The notes under the pieces: generated by a model
Databases searched by the model: none
What the model was told of the DNA's origin: nothing
What the model saw: only the letters and a program-made list of their open reading frames with translations
Source: Octopus sinensis
Taxonomy: Eukaryota
Reading direction: 5' to 3'
Length of the DNA stretch: 64,000 bases
NCBI RefSeq assembly: GCF_006345805.1
Contig: NC_042998.1
Location: 155,186,001-155,250,000 of the forward strand
Position numbers and translations under genes: made by a program
Shown: one piece after another, positions 13,287-25,415 of the stretch
How the letters are laid out: each line of letters opens with the position of its first letter
Numbering within the stretch: the first letter of the stretch is position 1

Positions 13287-13543
13287 TCTCTCTATATTTA
13301 AAACTGAGAATGTATGTCTCTCTGTCTGTCTGTTTGTGTGTTTCCTTAAAACTTGAGAACTACACAACCAATTTCATTCAAATTTTACACATTCCTTACT
13401 TAGGGTCCATGTAGTGTCATGGGCAAAAAAAAATGTTTAACTTCTTGCCTAGAGTGAGCCCACAGCAATATCATATCTTCTCCACTATTTCAGTATTACG
13501 TGTTAAAAGTGAAACAAAAACATCTGTCTATTGTATGTATATG

Positions 13544-13588
<45 letters not shown>

Positions 13589-14576
13589 CAAAATATAAAG
13601 TTATATCTTGAGATCATTAGTGACAACAATGCTCAAAATATATAACAGACTGGAATAGTAGTGCTCAAATGAGCTGTATACACTTTTTAATCCGAGGGGA
13701 GGCAATGCGAGCAGCAACTACAAGAGCACTACAAAATCCACAGAAAGATCAAACACATACATATATTCATATATTCATCTATATCTACAGAACAGACATA
13801 AAGCCCGACGTTTAGAAATATATAGTAATATATAAATATATAAACATCATATAAAAATATATTGTACGCATAAGATCCACTCGACATTCCATAAGAAATT
13901 TAGAAATAAAAATTGCAATAAAAGTTAGAGGTAATAATAACAATTAAATTAAATATAGTAAATATAGTAAGTAGTAATTAAATATATTTTATTTTATTAA
14001 AATGGTAATTAAATCGTAATATAACAATTAAAAGAAAAAATAGCAATTAGTATAAAATGTATAAAGGACTTGAACTCGAATATGCGGCTTTGCCTGAATG
14101 GGAGAAATTAAAAGATGACAAATTTAATTGAGTGCAGAAGTGAATTAGTCTAGATGGAGCTGTGCGCATACCATTTACTATAGCTGCTAGATTGAATTAT
14201 ATGCTTATAAAGTAGCATTCAGTATCTATGAGAATTTTTGGGAGTACGTAATGTCTGGTCTTTCGCATGTAGCAGGTATGTAATTGTGCATTTGTTTCCG
14301 TGTACTATGTGTTGTGTGTAAAAAATATCCTGATGAGGGGAGTGTCTATTTTAAATATATGATATGTTTCATATTAATTGGTGCATCTCCGAAACGGCCG
14401 GTAGATGAACTTTTATGTATTTTTGTAAACTTGTATATTTATCTTCTATGTATTTTTCTCTGGAATTTTAATTCATCTTTTTATGTCAATGTATGTTTTA
14501 TTACCCCAAATTTTTAATTTAACAAATTTTTACCAAACTAGCACTATGACCCGGCAACGCCGGGTCATAATGCTAG
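13287..14576 (+). mobile_element. Non-autonomous Helitron-like element
   Basis: A|TCTCTCTATATTTAAAACTG 5' end. 3' GC-rich hairpin GACCCGGC-AAC-GCCGGGTC followed by CTAG|T. Inserted between A and T. Confidence 0.55.
14327..14406 (+). ncRNA. Type-I minimal hammerhead ribozyme motif
   Basis: ATC-CTGATGA-GGGGA...TCTCC-GAAAC-GGCCG-GTA/GAT: intact core, stem II with long loop, palindromic short stem III, 3-bp stem I. Confidence 0.55.
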
Positions 14577-15348
14577 TATTATAAATATGCAAAGTTGTAA
14601 TGTACTCCTTCCCTTATTCTCTGTACTTATCTTCCACTCCTAATTTCTAATACTTATTCCTTTATTTTTTTTTCATTACCTTCACCTTTAAGATGCCAAT
14701 CAAAATAAGTATTATTAGCTCTTCCTATCCTTCTTTCTTCCAACTATCACCCCTTCCCCACCAGGTATTTTTTTACCACCCAAGCCTTACCCTTTGGTGG
14801 AGACAAAGCCAGATATAAGGTTCCAGTACTTAGTCTAGCAGGTTGTCATTATATTAGTTAATTTATCGCCTTTGTCTAGCATACAGCTACAACTCCTAAA
14901 ATATTAATTTTGGATGATTGAGGACTACATTCCCCCTATTGTCTTTGAAGTATAGGTAATTACTCTCAATTATTCCTTCCCCCATTATAATCTCCACTAA
15001 CCACAAAATTCTAGTAGATTCGACATTACATAGACTATTTTTCTAAACTCATTCTGCCAAAGATATAGCAGCAGAATCAATGGAAACATTTGAGCTCTGT
15101 TGGTGATACAAATATGTTAAAGCAGTTGGTTTGTCCTTTGTATTTGAAGTCTATGCAGTCATCTGACAAAAACAGTTTCTTTGCATTGATGTAATGTTTT
15201 CATTAATCAATTAAAGAAATCACTTGAAACAACCGTAATGATTGACACCTGCACATCTTTGTTACTCATTTATATTTTATTCACCTACCTTGGAATCTGC
15301 ACTTTGGAAATTTTATAGAAAATATTTTTCTATGTTTATATAAAGTAC

Positions 15349-15489
15349 ATGTCTGAACAACCAAGAGCAGATTTCTTCACTAAGTTGGGTTGTGTTATTT
15401 GCAATCACTGCAAGAATATCAAGTGCAAACAAGTGTGCACAGAGTTTGATATTCACCTGATATTGTTTGGGTGCACAAATTAGATTGAC
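15349..15489 (-). CDS. Putative 141-nt exon VNLICAPKQYQVNIKLCAHLFALDILAVIANNTTQLSEEICSWLFRH
   Basis: Acceptor CCTTGTTAG; 47 open codons; weak donor CAT|GTACTT. Internal alternative splice sites exist. Confidence 0.45.
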
Positions 15490-16343
15490 CTAACAAGGTA
15501 CTTCAATTTAAGTACCTAATTCAACCAAATCTTAATTATACTATATATTTCCATGAGAGTTAGCAGTTGGGAAGCCAATCAACTAAGGGATATGTAAACA
15601 AAATATGAACCACTGCCTAAATTTACCCTTCCTAAAAAACTCATCCTTAGAATGAATATACCTACATATCCACCACTGAACAAAATAACATGAATCTTGG
15701 AAGGCAACACTTGAAGTCTATGACTTATTTCTCTTTCCTATACCTAATCCATTTTACTAAATGTTACTCCTCTCACACTCTAAGTCTTGCTCCTAATCTT
15801 CTTATGCCTTCTTCAATAAGAAAAATATACTGTACCTATTCGTAACTGACTTTTGTATGTATCGGCTCTCCTAAACATTTAGATGCTCTACTCAACAACC
15901 AAACTCTATCTACCCATCTCTACAGAACACTGAAGAAATGGTGCTAGCATGGAGGATATCGTGGCCTCTTGGCAGAAATGGGTGTAATGAACTGATCTTT
16001 TGATCTTTTACTCTTTTATGTATTACTAGTATATATTTGTGTAGCACACAGTCTTTGCATGTTTATGTATTCTTATAATACTCCCTTTTGTTTGGGAATA
16101 AATAAACATAATACAATGTCTACCTGCAGATGTATGTCATTTTTGTATCCCTTCCATTTTCTTTTTGCCATATATATATATATATATATTATATATATTA
16201 TGTGTTGAAACCATAGGGATATCTGTGGGGCAGCTGATGAGGGAGGTATGTTGGATTCTTGGTATGGCTGTTATTGTGTGTGAGGAATAGTTTTATAAAC
16301 CATCCATTTGATATATATATATATACATACATATATATATATA

Positions 16344-17967
16344 CAGTTGCGGCCAAAATGTTCAGAACGGCATTGTTTTCATCAGAAAAGTAAGTATAAG
16401 TTTTTATCAAAGTAGTTTTATATTCTATAATTTTCACAGACAATAAATACGATATTATTTGTTATTGTCTGAGATTTTGGTGTAATTTGAGAGGATAATA
16501 CAAAAGTTATGGATGATTTAGTGATTTACTGCAAAACCCATGGCGACCAAAATGATCAAAACGGTTGAAAAGATAACAAAATAATCAAAAATGACAGAGA
16601 ATACTGGAATTATTTAATATTTAGTGTGAAGCCCTTTAGCTTCAATCACACTCTGACATCTTCGACTGCATGAGGAAATTAAATTTTCAATTTCTTGCTA
16701 GGTGATCTTCCTGAAGGGCATTCTTCCTGAAGGGCATTCCATAATTGCTCAGTTGTTTTAGGATTTCTGGCTTTCGAACGTTCTCCTAGAATATTCCATA
16801 CATTTTCAATAGGATTGAGATCTATAAAAATGACCTTTTCAGCCTTGAGGAAGTTCATGACCACCTTAGCCTTGTGACATGGGGCATTGTCCTGCATGAA
16901 TATGGGTGGTCGCTTAGTTGAATTTCTCAGCACAGGCAAGACATGATCTTTTACAAGTTGTTTATAAACTCCTGCATTTACCTTTCCATGTAATTGCACC
17001 AAAGGGCTCACACCATCTCCAGATATCATCCCCCAAACCATGACACTTCCTCCACCGAATTTAACACTAGTCTTAAGGCATTTAGGCGACAATTTTTCAC
17101 CTACTTTTCTACGAACGTACCTTTTCCCATCTGAGCCAAATAATATAAACTTAGATTCATCACTGAAATGCACCGTTCGCCATTTTTCTTGAAACCACAA
17201 CACATGTTCGGCTGCAAAGGTAAGACAACACTTTTTATTCTTGGAGCTGATCAGTGGCTTCACTGCAGGTGCTCTTGCTTGTAGGTCATGTTCAACTAAA
17301 CGACGAGACACAGTTTTTCGAGATAAAGTTTTCTTCAATACAATGCTCATTTTCCGAGAAACAGCAGCAGCAGTTTTAAATCTGTCCTTTTTAACCAACT
17401 TTACCATAGCACTACCATAGCACGATCTTCTCTCTTGGTCGTTTTTCTTGGCCTACCTGTAAACTTTCTTGCTTCACACGAACCACAATCATCGTAGACC
17501 TTAAGAATACCATATACAACACTTTTTGACTTGTTAACAATCTTTGCAATAGATCTAATACTTAAATTATCCTTCCTTCGAAGCTTAATAATCTGCTGAC
17601 GAATTGGTAACGGAGTAAGTGGCATTATATTAACAAAGTACACTGCAAATATTCTTACTAATGTTTAGTAAACGAACCATCACCTAAACAAATTCAAAAC
17701 ATTAGAGTTCACCAGTTAAATATGCTAAAACACGGAGTAAAAGCAACCGTTCTGATAATTTTGGCCACCATGGGTTTTGCAGTAAATCACTAAATCATCC
17801 ATAACTTATGTATTATCCTCTCAAATTACACCAAAATCTCAGGCAATAACAAATAATATCGTATTTATTGTCTGTGAAAATTATAGAATATAAAACAACT
17901 TTGATAAAAAATTATATCTACTTTTCTGACGAAAACAATGCCGTTCTGAACATTTGGGCCGCCACTG
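16344..17967 (-). mobile_element. Full-length Tc1-family (IR/DR type) transposon
   Basis: ~228-bp terminal inverted repeats starting CAGTTGCGGCCAAAATG, with an inner direct repeat of the CCAAAATG.TCA.AACGG motif. TA on both sides. 1624 bp. Confidence 0.95.
16614..17625 (-). pseudogene. Tc1 DD34E transposase, disrupted
   Basis: Paired-like HTH, GRPRKT, FSDESKF, QDNAPCH, DLNPIENVW. 11-bp tandem duplication at ~17402-17423 causes a frameshift. D-E spacing is 27 (7 aa lost). Duplication near the C-terminus. Confidence 0.9.
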
Positions 17968-18496
17968 TATATTTATAATATATTATATATATATAAATAG
18001 AAATATTAGATTTCTAAATATCTCAAAGAGATATAAGCAGTGGTGGAGCGATACAGCAGTTGTATACTGTCAACTTAACGTGACAGTCCCATAAAGGGAA
18101 TCACACCACCGCTATTTAGCCCTAGGAAGCATCAATGCTTCATGTCGGCTTTGACACATTTCCTGTGTCCTTATGTTTACAAAGAGGAGACAAGCACCCC
18201 CAACAGCTAGGCCTGCATCCAGAGACATGTTTCTGAGTCTTGCTCATTCTCTTTATTACGATTATTACAATCAAACATAGAAGAGACAGCACAAGACACT
18301 ACAAACATTTAAAAGGGGTTATTTAGAGAGTTTTTTTATGAAAATATATTACAAATTGATTCATATGTTTTTTTTTTTTAATTTTGATATTACTTCATTT
18401 TACCGTTTATCAAGTTCCAACGGCTACACCTTTTCTTTTTACTATGGATGAGTTAAGTAGGGACAATCACTCCCAACTTCCTTACCACATCTTTCC

Positions 18497-21275
18497 TCAT
18501 ATGCTCTTTTCGACAGGTGCCAGAGTCTCTCCTAGAACGTTGTCACTTTTAAACTCTACCAACCCTTTGTACAATGCAGAGGTGGTATTTCTGCTGCCAG
18601 CCTTACCCTCCTTGTGGATTAGCGCAAGTGCCTGCCAACATTCCTTTTGCCATTCAGTCGTCTTTTGTCTTTTAATCAAACTGGGTTTAAATTCCTCCAG
18701 GGAGGCTGGGCGTGGAAAGAATTCCCCTGGGAGCGAATTCCACACCTGACCACCATCCAGGTAAAGCCAGAGATACCTTAGTCTCAGTGCATGTTTGCAC
18801 ATCAGCAACCACGGCATCCCTAGGCCACCCTTTAACGGTTCTTGACAGCACACGGAGTGCCTCACAAACGGCTTTCCCCACCACAAAAAGCGGAAGAGAA
18901 TCTGAACCAGCTTGTTTAACCACAAATCGGGGCAAGGGACAACGGTCAGGCGGTAGGTGATAACAGACGCAATAAACGTCTGCACCACCTCCGCTCTTCC
19001 TTTCAAGGATAACGCTCTTCCCGACCAGGTCCGGGTTAGCGCTTCTACCTTGTTCGTCAGCTCACTCCAATTCTTCTCCATCTGGGAGCCTGGACCAAAC
19101 CAGACTCCAAGCAACAGGACCATCCGTCCAGGTGCCGAACCGCAAACCAATGGACTTGTTCATATTAACTTTTGCCCCTGCCACCATCTCGTATCTTCTG
19201 ATTGCCTCCGCTACACGAGGTAGCTGAGTCATCTTGGATACAGTGATGGTGACGTCATCCGCATACGCAGAGACACTCTTACCACATCTGATTTCATTAG
19301 TGGTGCTTTCCAACTTCTCCAACTTCCGCAGCAATGGCTCGAGAGTCAGTACATACAGAAGCGGAGACAGAGGGCACTCTTGACGAACTGAATGCCTGAT
19401 CTCGAACAGCTCCGACAGGTAACCGTTCAACTGAACTGTGGATTTGATGCCACCATAAATGGCCTTGATCCAACCGCGGAAATCTGGGCCCAGCCCAGCC
19501 ACCTCAAGGACTGCCGCCAGGTATCAATGGTCAACCCTATCGAAGGCCTTACTTTGGTCTAAATGGACCAGTTCCCCACCATTACCGGAAACTTTACCTA
19601 CCCTGTCTAAGGTGTAGCGTAAGAGATGAAGATTGTCCTAGATCGACCTGCCAGGGATGGCACATGTTTGCGCCTTCCCAACAAGTTTTTCCACAACAAC
19701 CATCAACATTTTTGCTGGCACCTTGACCAAAATCTTTAACTCTATATTTAGCAGAGTTATGGGCCTGAAATTACTAATATGGTCCCTCTTGCTCGGGTCT
19801 TTTCTGACCAGTGTTACCACTCCCCAACTTACAGAACTGGGAATTCTCCCATTCTGCTGCCAGTTTGTGTACACGCAAGCCAGCAAGTGTTCAAACAAGT
19901 CCGGCATACTACTGTAAAACTCGTAGGGCAGACCATCCAGCCCCGGCGACTTGTCCCGAGCACATTCGGCCAGCACCTCTTCGACCTCTGCAGCCATGAT
20001 AAGCCCTTCACAGCACTTCACCTCACTTGCAGAGAGTCACGGCCTGTCAGCCAGGAATTCCCTTAAGGGCTCCCCATGGTCCAACGCCTCGCTCGTTCCG
20101 AACAACTGGGCGAAATGCTGATGAAAAGCCTTCTGCATCTCCTCCTGTCCTTCAATCAAGCAACCCTGTTCGTCAATTAAAGACTGTACAGAGGCTTCTC
20201 TGCCTCTCCAACTCTCCACACGACAAGCCTATCCAGCAACGTTAATACCTTCTCTGCCCACTGTGCGTAACTTAGCCCTGACTCTACACCCTTCATGTTT
20301 GGCTTGGAGGTGCCGAAATAATACCGTTCTCGCTGCCAACACTCTGGATGCAGAGCCTGATGCTATGTCCTCCTCTAATTCCTTAGTTAACTGCCCTTCT
20401 ATTCTAGTCCCCTCTAAACAAATGGCTCGTTTGAGGGTGCACCACAATCTGTTGTTCATGTCAGCTCCGCATAATGCCCTCTGTACTATCTCCCTAACCC
20501 GGGTATAGAAGACGTTACTAGTCAAAATAGACTTGTTCAATTTCCAGTACCTGGGCCCCTGTCTATGACACTTAGCTAACTGCACCTCACATGTCACAAA
20601 TTTGTGATCCATGTAAGAGGCACAGTGAAAATGTGGACAACTAACTATATCTCTATCACTATCTTTTATCATAACCCTATCTAAGTAAGACCTGAGTGAA
20701 CCGTCGTTATTAGACCATGTCTACTGTGGAGTGAGAGGTTCAACCAGTCTGTATCGGTCTACTAGTTTATAGCTCACTAGAAGCCTTTTTAGGCCAGGGC
20801 TTCCTTTTCTATTATTTGAGCCTACATTATCCACTCAGACATTGAGAATAGTGTTGAAGTCTCCTGTTAAAACTAAAGTTTTCGACATTACTAGGAAATT
20901 CTCCAAGTCTCGAAAAAAGACTGTTTGACTATCCTCTTTTGGAGCATAGACTGCCACCAACCTGAAGGACTGCTTACTCACATGTGTCACATCCAGAACG
21001 ACCAGCCTACCTTCTGGATCTAGAAAGACTGTACTTACCTGTATGTCCAGGCTTTTTTTGAACAGCACCACAACGCCCCTACCCCTTCCTTGATTCGGAG
21101 AAATAAACTTCTCGTAGTCGTTCAGAAGAGGCAAGAACGCCGGTGGGCCGTTCAGCTTGGACTCAGGCACAACACATATATCTATCTTCCCTGACCTGAG
21201 GTCGTTTAAGAGGCATGTTGGCTTCAATTTCGACCTCAGACCATGCACATTTATACACCCTAACTTAATCATCAT
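18497..21275 (-). pseudogene. LINE ORF2 (APE endonuclease plus RT), multiple stops and frameshifts
   Basis: ORF pieces 20835-21302, 20229-20672, 19638-20021, 19062-19502, 18497-19150. Confidence 0.88.
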
Positions 21276-21833
21276 GATAAAAAAAATATTGTTATTTACC
21301 ATATTTTTCTTTTAGGCTTCACGACTTTCGTCTTCCCCTCCTCCTGTATCTTTTCCATCTGGTGTAGCCGTTGGTGCTAAAATAATTTTTTCTTTCACAA
21401 TATAATGACTTACATCAAAAATGTCATTTGAGTACCGTTTTTTAAATTGTTCGAAGTGTTAATCATCGATTCTTGCTTGTTGCAAATGTTTCAGTTTTCC
21501 TTCTATAGGTCCAATCACAGTACATTTCATCCTTGTTATCAAATCATGTAACACTACATTTTTTGTGTTGTAGGAGACAATTTTTTCTTCTTGTATGGGT
21601 TTGTGGGTGGGTTTCGATTTCGAAGTGGACAGGGGTATTTTTTTTCTGTGTTTTGCATTATTTCTTTTCGTTTTCTTGTAAGGGGAGGGGAGTCAACGCC
21701 AAGGGATTTTTTCCTTTTATGAGTTACTACTGTATACTCCATTTGTTCACATGTTGTTCCTTTCGCTTTTTCTGTTTCTGTTGGTTTCTCTTTTTCTTGA
21801 CTTTTTCTGGTTTTGCTTGTTTCTTCTGTCGAT

Positions 21834-22730
21834 TCAATTTTTTTGTCTTTTGCTTTTTTCTCTTGGTCTTTTTCCAGTTGGGGAGGGACCACTGTTTTCT
21901 TCTGCATCGGATTTTTTTACTTTCTCACATTCAGAGCGAACGTGACCTTTCTCACCACATTTGTAACATCTAGGCCATCGTCCCTCCACTGACACTCTCG
22001 TGCTCAGTCCTTCCCTTATTAAAATCCTGTCTGGCCTGGATTCAAGCGTCTCATTCAAAGCTTGGACCACTAATTCTAATGCCTGGCCCTTCCAATTAAT
22101 TGCCTTTGTTTTTTTCATAGAGAGAATGTTTATCTCCTCCTCTGTGTCGTGAATCAGAGCTGTAGCAAACCAATATACATCGTACCCGGACGGAATCTCC
22201 TCAATTATTATTTTTGCGGTTCTCCGGCCGAGATACATTGGTAATAACAAAATGTCATCAGTTATCAGTGTCTGTGTGGACACTTCCTTGGCTGTTTCGG
22301 CGCTTTCAAATTGTGCCTCTATCATTGCAATGTGCGGGCCTTTCCTGAAATATTTTATTTTTCCCCAAATGGGGGCTAGACATTTTTCTATCAAATCAGT
22401 TTTCATAGCCATAATGCATTTTTCCTTTCTGTTGTAAATTTTGTAAACAACAGTTCTCACTTCAAGATTCTGAATTATTTCTTTACATGGAATGAGTCTT
22501 GTTTCACTCCCGGTTCGTTTAATTAAATTTCTGTATTTAAATAGATGTTCCTTTGAAACTTCCAAATCAACGAATTGACTGCCAACAGTGGCAGAAAAAC
22601 TGTTTGCCTTTTTATCGACTGGGTTAATTTCAGTGTTGATCTGTTCCACACAATAATTTTCTTCCTGCAAAAGTGGGAAGTCAGCATTGCACATTAAAAA
22701 ATCAAAGTTTGCCATCATAGCATCCTCCAT
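21834..22730 (-). CDS. LINE ORF1 (gag-like) with CCHC knuckle CYKCGEKGHVRSEC
   Basis: 298-aa open frame; the lysine-rich C-terminus continues in another frame (21554-21907). Confidence 0.85.
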   Translation of the reverse strand: MEDAMMANFDFLMCNADFPLLQEENYCVEQINTEINPVDKKANSFSATVGSQFVDLEVSKEHLFKYRNLIKRTGSETRLIPCKEIIQNLEVRTVVYKIYNRKEKCIMAMKTDLIEKCLAPIWGKIKYFRKGPHIAMIEAQFESAETAKEVSTQTLITDDILLLPMYLGRRTAKIIIEEIPSGYDVYWFATALIHDTEEEINILSMKKTKAINWKGQALELVVQALNETLESRPDRILIREGLSTRVSVEGRWPRCYKCGEKGHVRSECEKVKKSDAEENSGPSPTGKRPREKSKRQKN

Positions 22731-22751
22731 TGCACAGTAAAGTCTTCCGTA

Positions 22752-25334
22752 CCTGGATTAGGGAGATAGTACAGAGGGCATTATGCGGAGCTGTCGTGAA
22801 CAACAGACGGTGATGCACCCTCAAACGAGCCATTCATTTAGAATCTCTCAGATTTATTAAAGCACTAAGTTTAGAGGGGACTAGAATAGAAGGGCAGTTA
22901 ACTAAGGAATTAGAGGAGGACATAGCATCAGATTCTGCATCCAGAGTGCTGGCAGTGAGAACGGTATTATTTCGGCACTTCCAAGCCAAACATGAAGGTT
23001 GTAGAGTCAGGGCTAAGTTACATGCAGTGGGGAGAGAAGGTATTAACGTTGCTGGATGGGCCCATCGTGTGGAGAGTCAGAGAGGCAGAGAAGCCTCTGT
23101 ACAGTCTTTAATTGACGAACAGGGTTGCTTGATCGAAGGATAGGAGGAGATGCAGAAGGCCTTTCATCAGCATTTCGCCTGGCTGTTTGGGACGAGCAAG
23201 GCGTTGGACCATGGGAAGCCCTTAAAGGAATTCCTGGCCGACGGGCTGTGACTCTCGGCAAGTGAGGCGAGGTGCTGTGAAGGGCCTATCACAGCTGCAG
23301 AGGTCGAAGTGGTGCTGGCCGAATGTGGTCTGCCCTACGAGTTGGGGAGTGGTAACACTTGTCAGAAAAGACCCAAGCAATGGGGACCATATTAGTAATT
23401 TCAGGCCCATAACTCTGCTAAATATAGAGTTAAAGATTTTGGCCAAGGTGCCAGCAAAAATGTTGACAGTTGTTGTAGAGAAACTTGTTGGGAAGGCGCA
23501 AACTTGTGCCATCCCTGGCAGGTCGATCCAGGACAATCTTCATCTCTTACGCTACACCTTAGACAGGGTAGGTAAAGTTTCCGGTAATGGTGGGGAACTG
23601 GTCCATTTAGACCAAAGTAAAGCCTTCGATAAGGTTGACCATAGGTACCTGGCGGCAGTCCTTGAGGTGGCTGGGCTGGGCCCAGATTTCAGCGGTTGGA
23701 TCAAGGCCATTTATGGTGGCATCAAATCCACAGTTCAGTTGAACGGTTACCTGTCGGAGCTGTTCGAGATCAGGCATTCAGTTCGTCAAGGGTGTCCTCT
23801 GTCTCCGCTTCTGTATGTACTGACTCTCGGGCCATTGCTGCGGATGTTGAAGCTGGAAAGCACCACTAATGAAATTGGATGTGGTAAGAGTGTCTCTGTG
23901 CATGCGGATGACGTCACCATCACTGTATCCAAGATGACTCAGCTATCTTGTGTAGCGGAGGAAATCAGAAGGTATGAGATGGTGGAAGGGGCAAAAGTTA
24001 ATATGGACAAGTCCATTGGTTTTCGGCTCAGCACCTGGATAAGCAAGCCGATAACGTCCAGTGTCGTAGGGCACTGGACGGACGGTCCTGTTAAGTTGCT
24101 TGGAGTCTGGTTTGGTCAGGCTCCCAGATGGAGAAGAATTGGAGTGAGGTGACTAATAAGGTAGAAGCGCTAACCTGGACCTGGAGGAATTTAAACCCAG
24201 TTTGATTAAAAGACAAAAGACGACTGAATGGCAAAAGGAATGTCGGCAGGCACTTGCGCTAATCCACAAGGCGGGTAAGGCCAGCAGCGGAAATACTACC
24301 TCTGCATTGCACAAAGGGTTGGTAGAGTTTAAAAGTGACGACATGCTAGGAGAGACTCTGGGACTTGATGGGGACCAGCTATCCAACCTGTTTCGGAACA
24401 ATTTCTGGGCGGGGTATTTGGACAATTACCAAAGATCCCTGACCTGGCAGTGTTTCAGGAACGCGTTACCTGTTTACGAGAAATTGTCCAGGCACAGGAT
24501 TTCAGTGCCACCCGAATGCCCAAGATGCGGGCAGGATATGGAAACTGTCCTGCATGCTCTTGTACAGTGCACCCAGCTTTCAGAGATGACAATTTACGTA
24601 GAACATGTGTTGTCACATTTGGGAAGAGTACAGCTATTGGCTGAGTCTGTGATTAAGAATGTACCACCCACCAGACTATCTAAGGAAGGTGAGGCTTGTT
24701 TTCTATGTACAGTCGCATTTATGAAAGTGCATGCATAGAGAACCAGAATGCAAGGTTTGACGTCAGGGACCTTCATCTCTGGCTCTGGAATGCTATATTA
24801 CTTCAGGTACCACCTGAAAAGCAAGATAGGGCTGGAGAGAAGGCACCTGTTGAAAAGAGCATATAAGGAAAGAGGGAAAGATGTGGTAAGGAAGTTGGGA
24901 GTGAGTCTCCCTACTTAACTCATCCATGGTAAAAAGAAACTACTTGGAACTTAATAAAAGGTAAAATGAAGTAATATCAAAATTTTTAAAAACATTATAT
25001 AAGTCAATTTTTAATACATTTTCATAAAAAAACTCACTAAATAACCCCTTTTAAATGTTTGTAGTGTCTTGTGATGTCCCTTCTATATTTGATTGTAATA
25101 ATCGTAATAAAGAGAAAAGGCCATGCTACTCCAGACTGATGACGAGTAAGACTCAGAAACATGTCTCTGGATGCAGGCCTAGCTGTTGGGGGTGCTTGTC
25201 TCCTCTTTGTAAACATAAGGACACAGGAAATGTGTCAAAGCCGACAGGAAGCATTGATCCTTCCTAGGGCTAAATAGTGGTGGTGTGATTCCCTTTATGG
25301 GACTGTCACGTTAAGTTGACAGTATACAACTGCT
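22752..25334 (+). mobile_element. Tx1/L1-clade LINE copy 2, 5'-truncated, inverted relative to copy 1
   Basis: Reverse complement of 18055-20503 with private indels. RT at 23262-24152 (RQGCPLSP, HADD). zf-RVT CPRCGQDMETVLHALVQC at 24202-24738. Confidence 0.9.
25130..25171 (+). ncRNA. Type-I minimal hammerhead ribozyme
   Basis: TCCAGA-CTGATGA-CGAGTAAGACTCA-GAAAC-AT-GTC/TCTGGA: 6-bp stem I, GAGT/ACTC stem II, palindromic ACATGT stem III, GUC cleavage triplet. Confidence 0.8.
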
Positions 25335-25365
25335 TTCTCTTTCCATATATATATATTTATTTATA

Positions 25366-25411
<46 letters not shown>

Positions 25412-25415
<4 letters not shown>

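Larger units (their letters stand above)
18055..22751 (-). mobile_element. Tx1/L1-clade LINE copy 1 (ORF1 plus ORF2 plus shared 3' tail)
   Basis: ORF1 with zinc knuckle; APE (CINVHGL, VYAP, GDFNT); RT (SPGLDG, FRPITLLN, RQECPLSP, YADD); zf-RVT region partly deleted. Confidence 0.9.

Noticed and set aside
15627-15676. Possible exon WWICRYIHSKDEFFRK with a good acceptor
   Set aside because: Competes with 26900-27047 for the same homologous region, and its phase conflicts with 15489; unresolved.
16205-16275. CTGATGA with upstream GAAAC (possible hammerhead)
   Set aside because: No stem II complement and no downstream GAAA; at best a truncated half.
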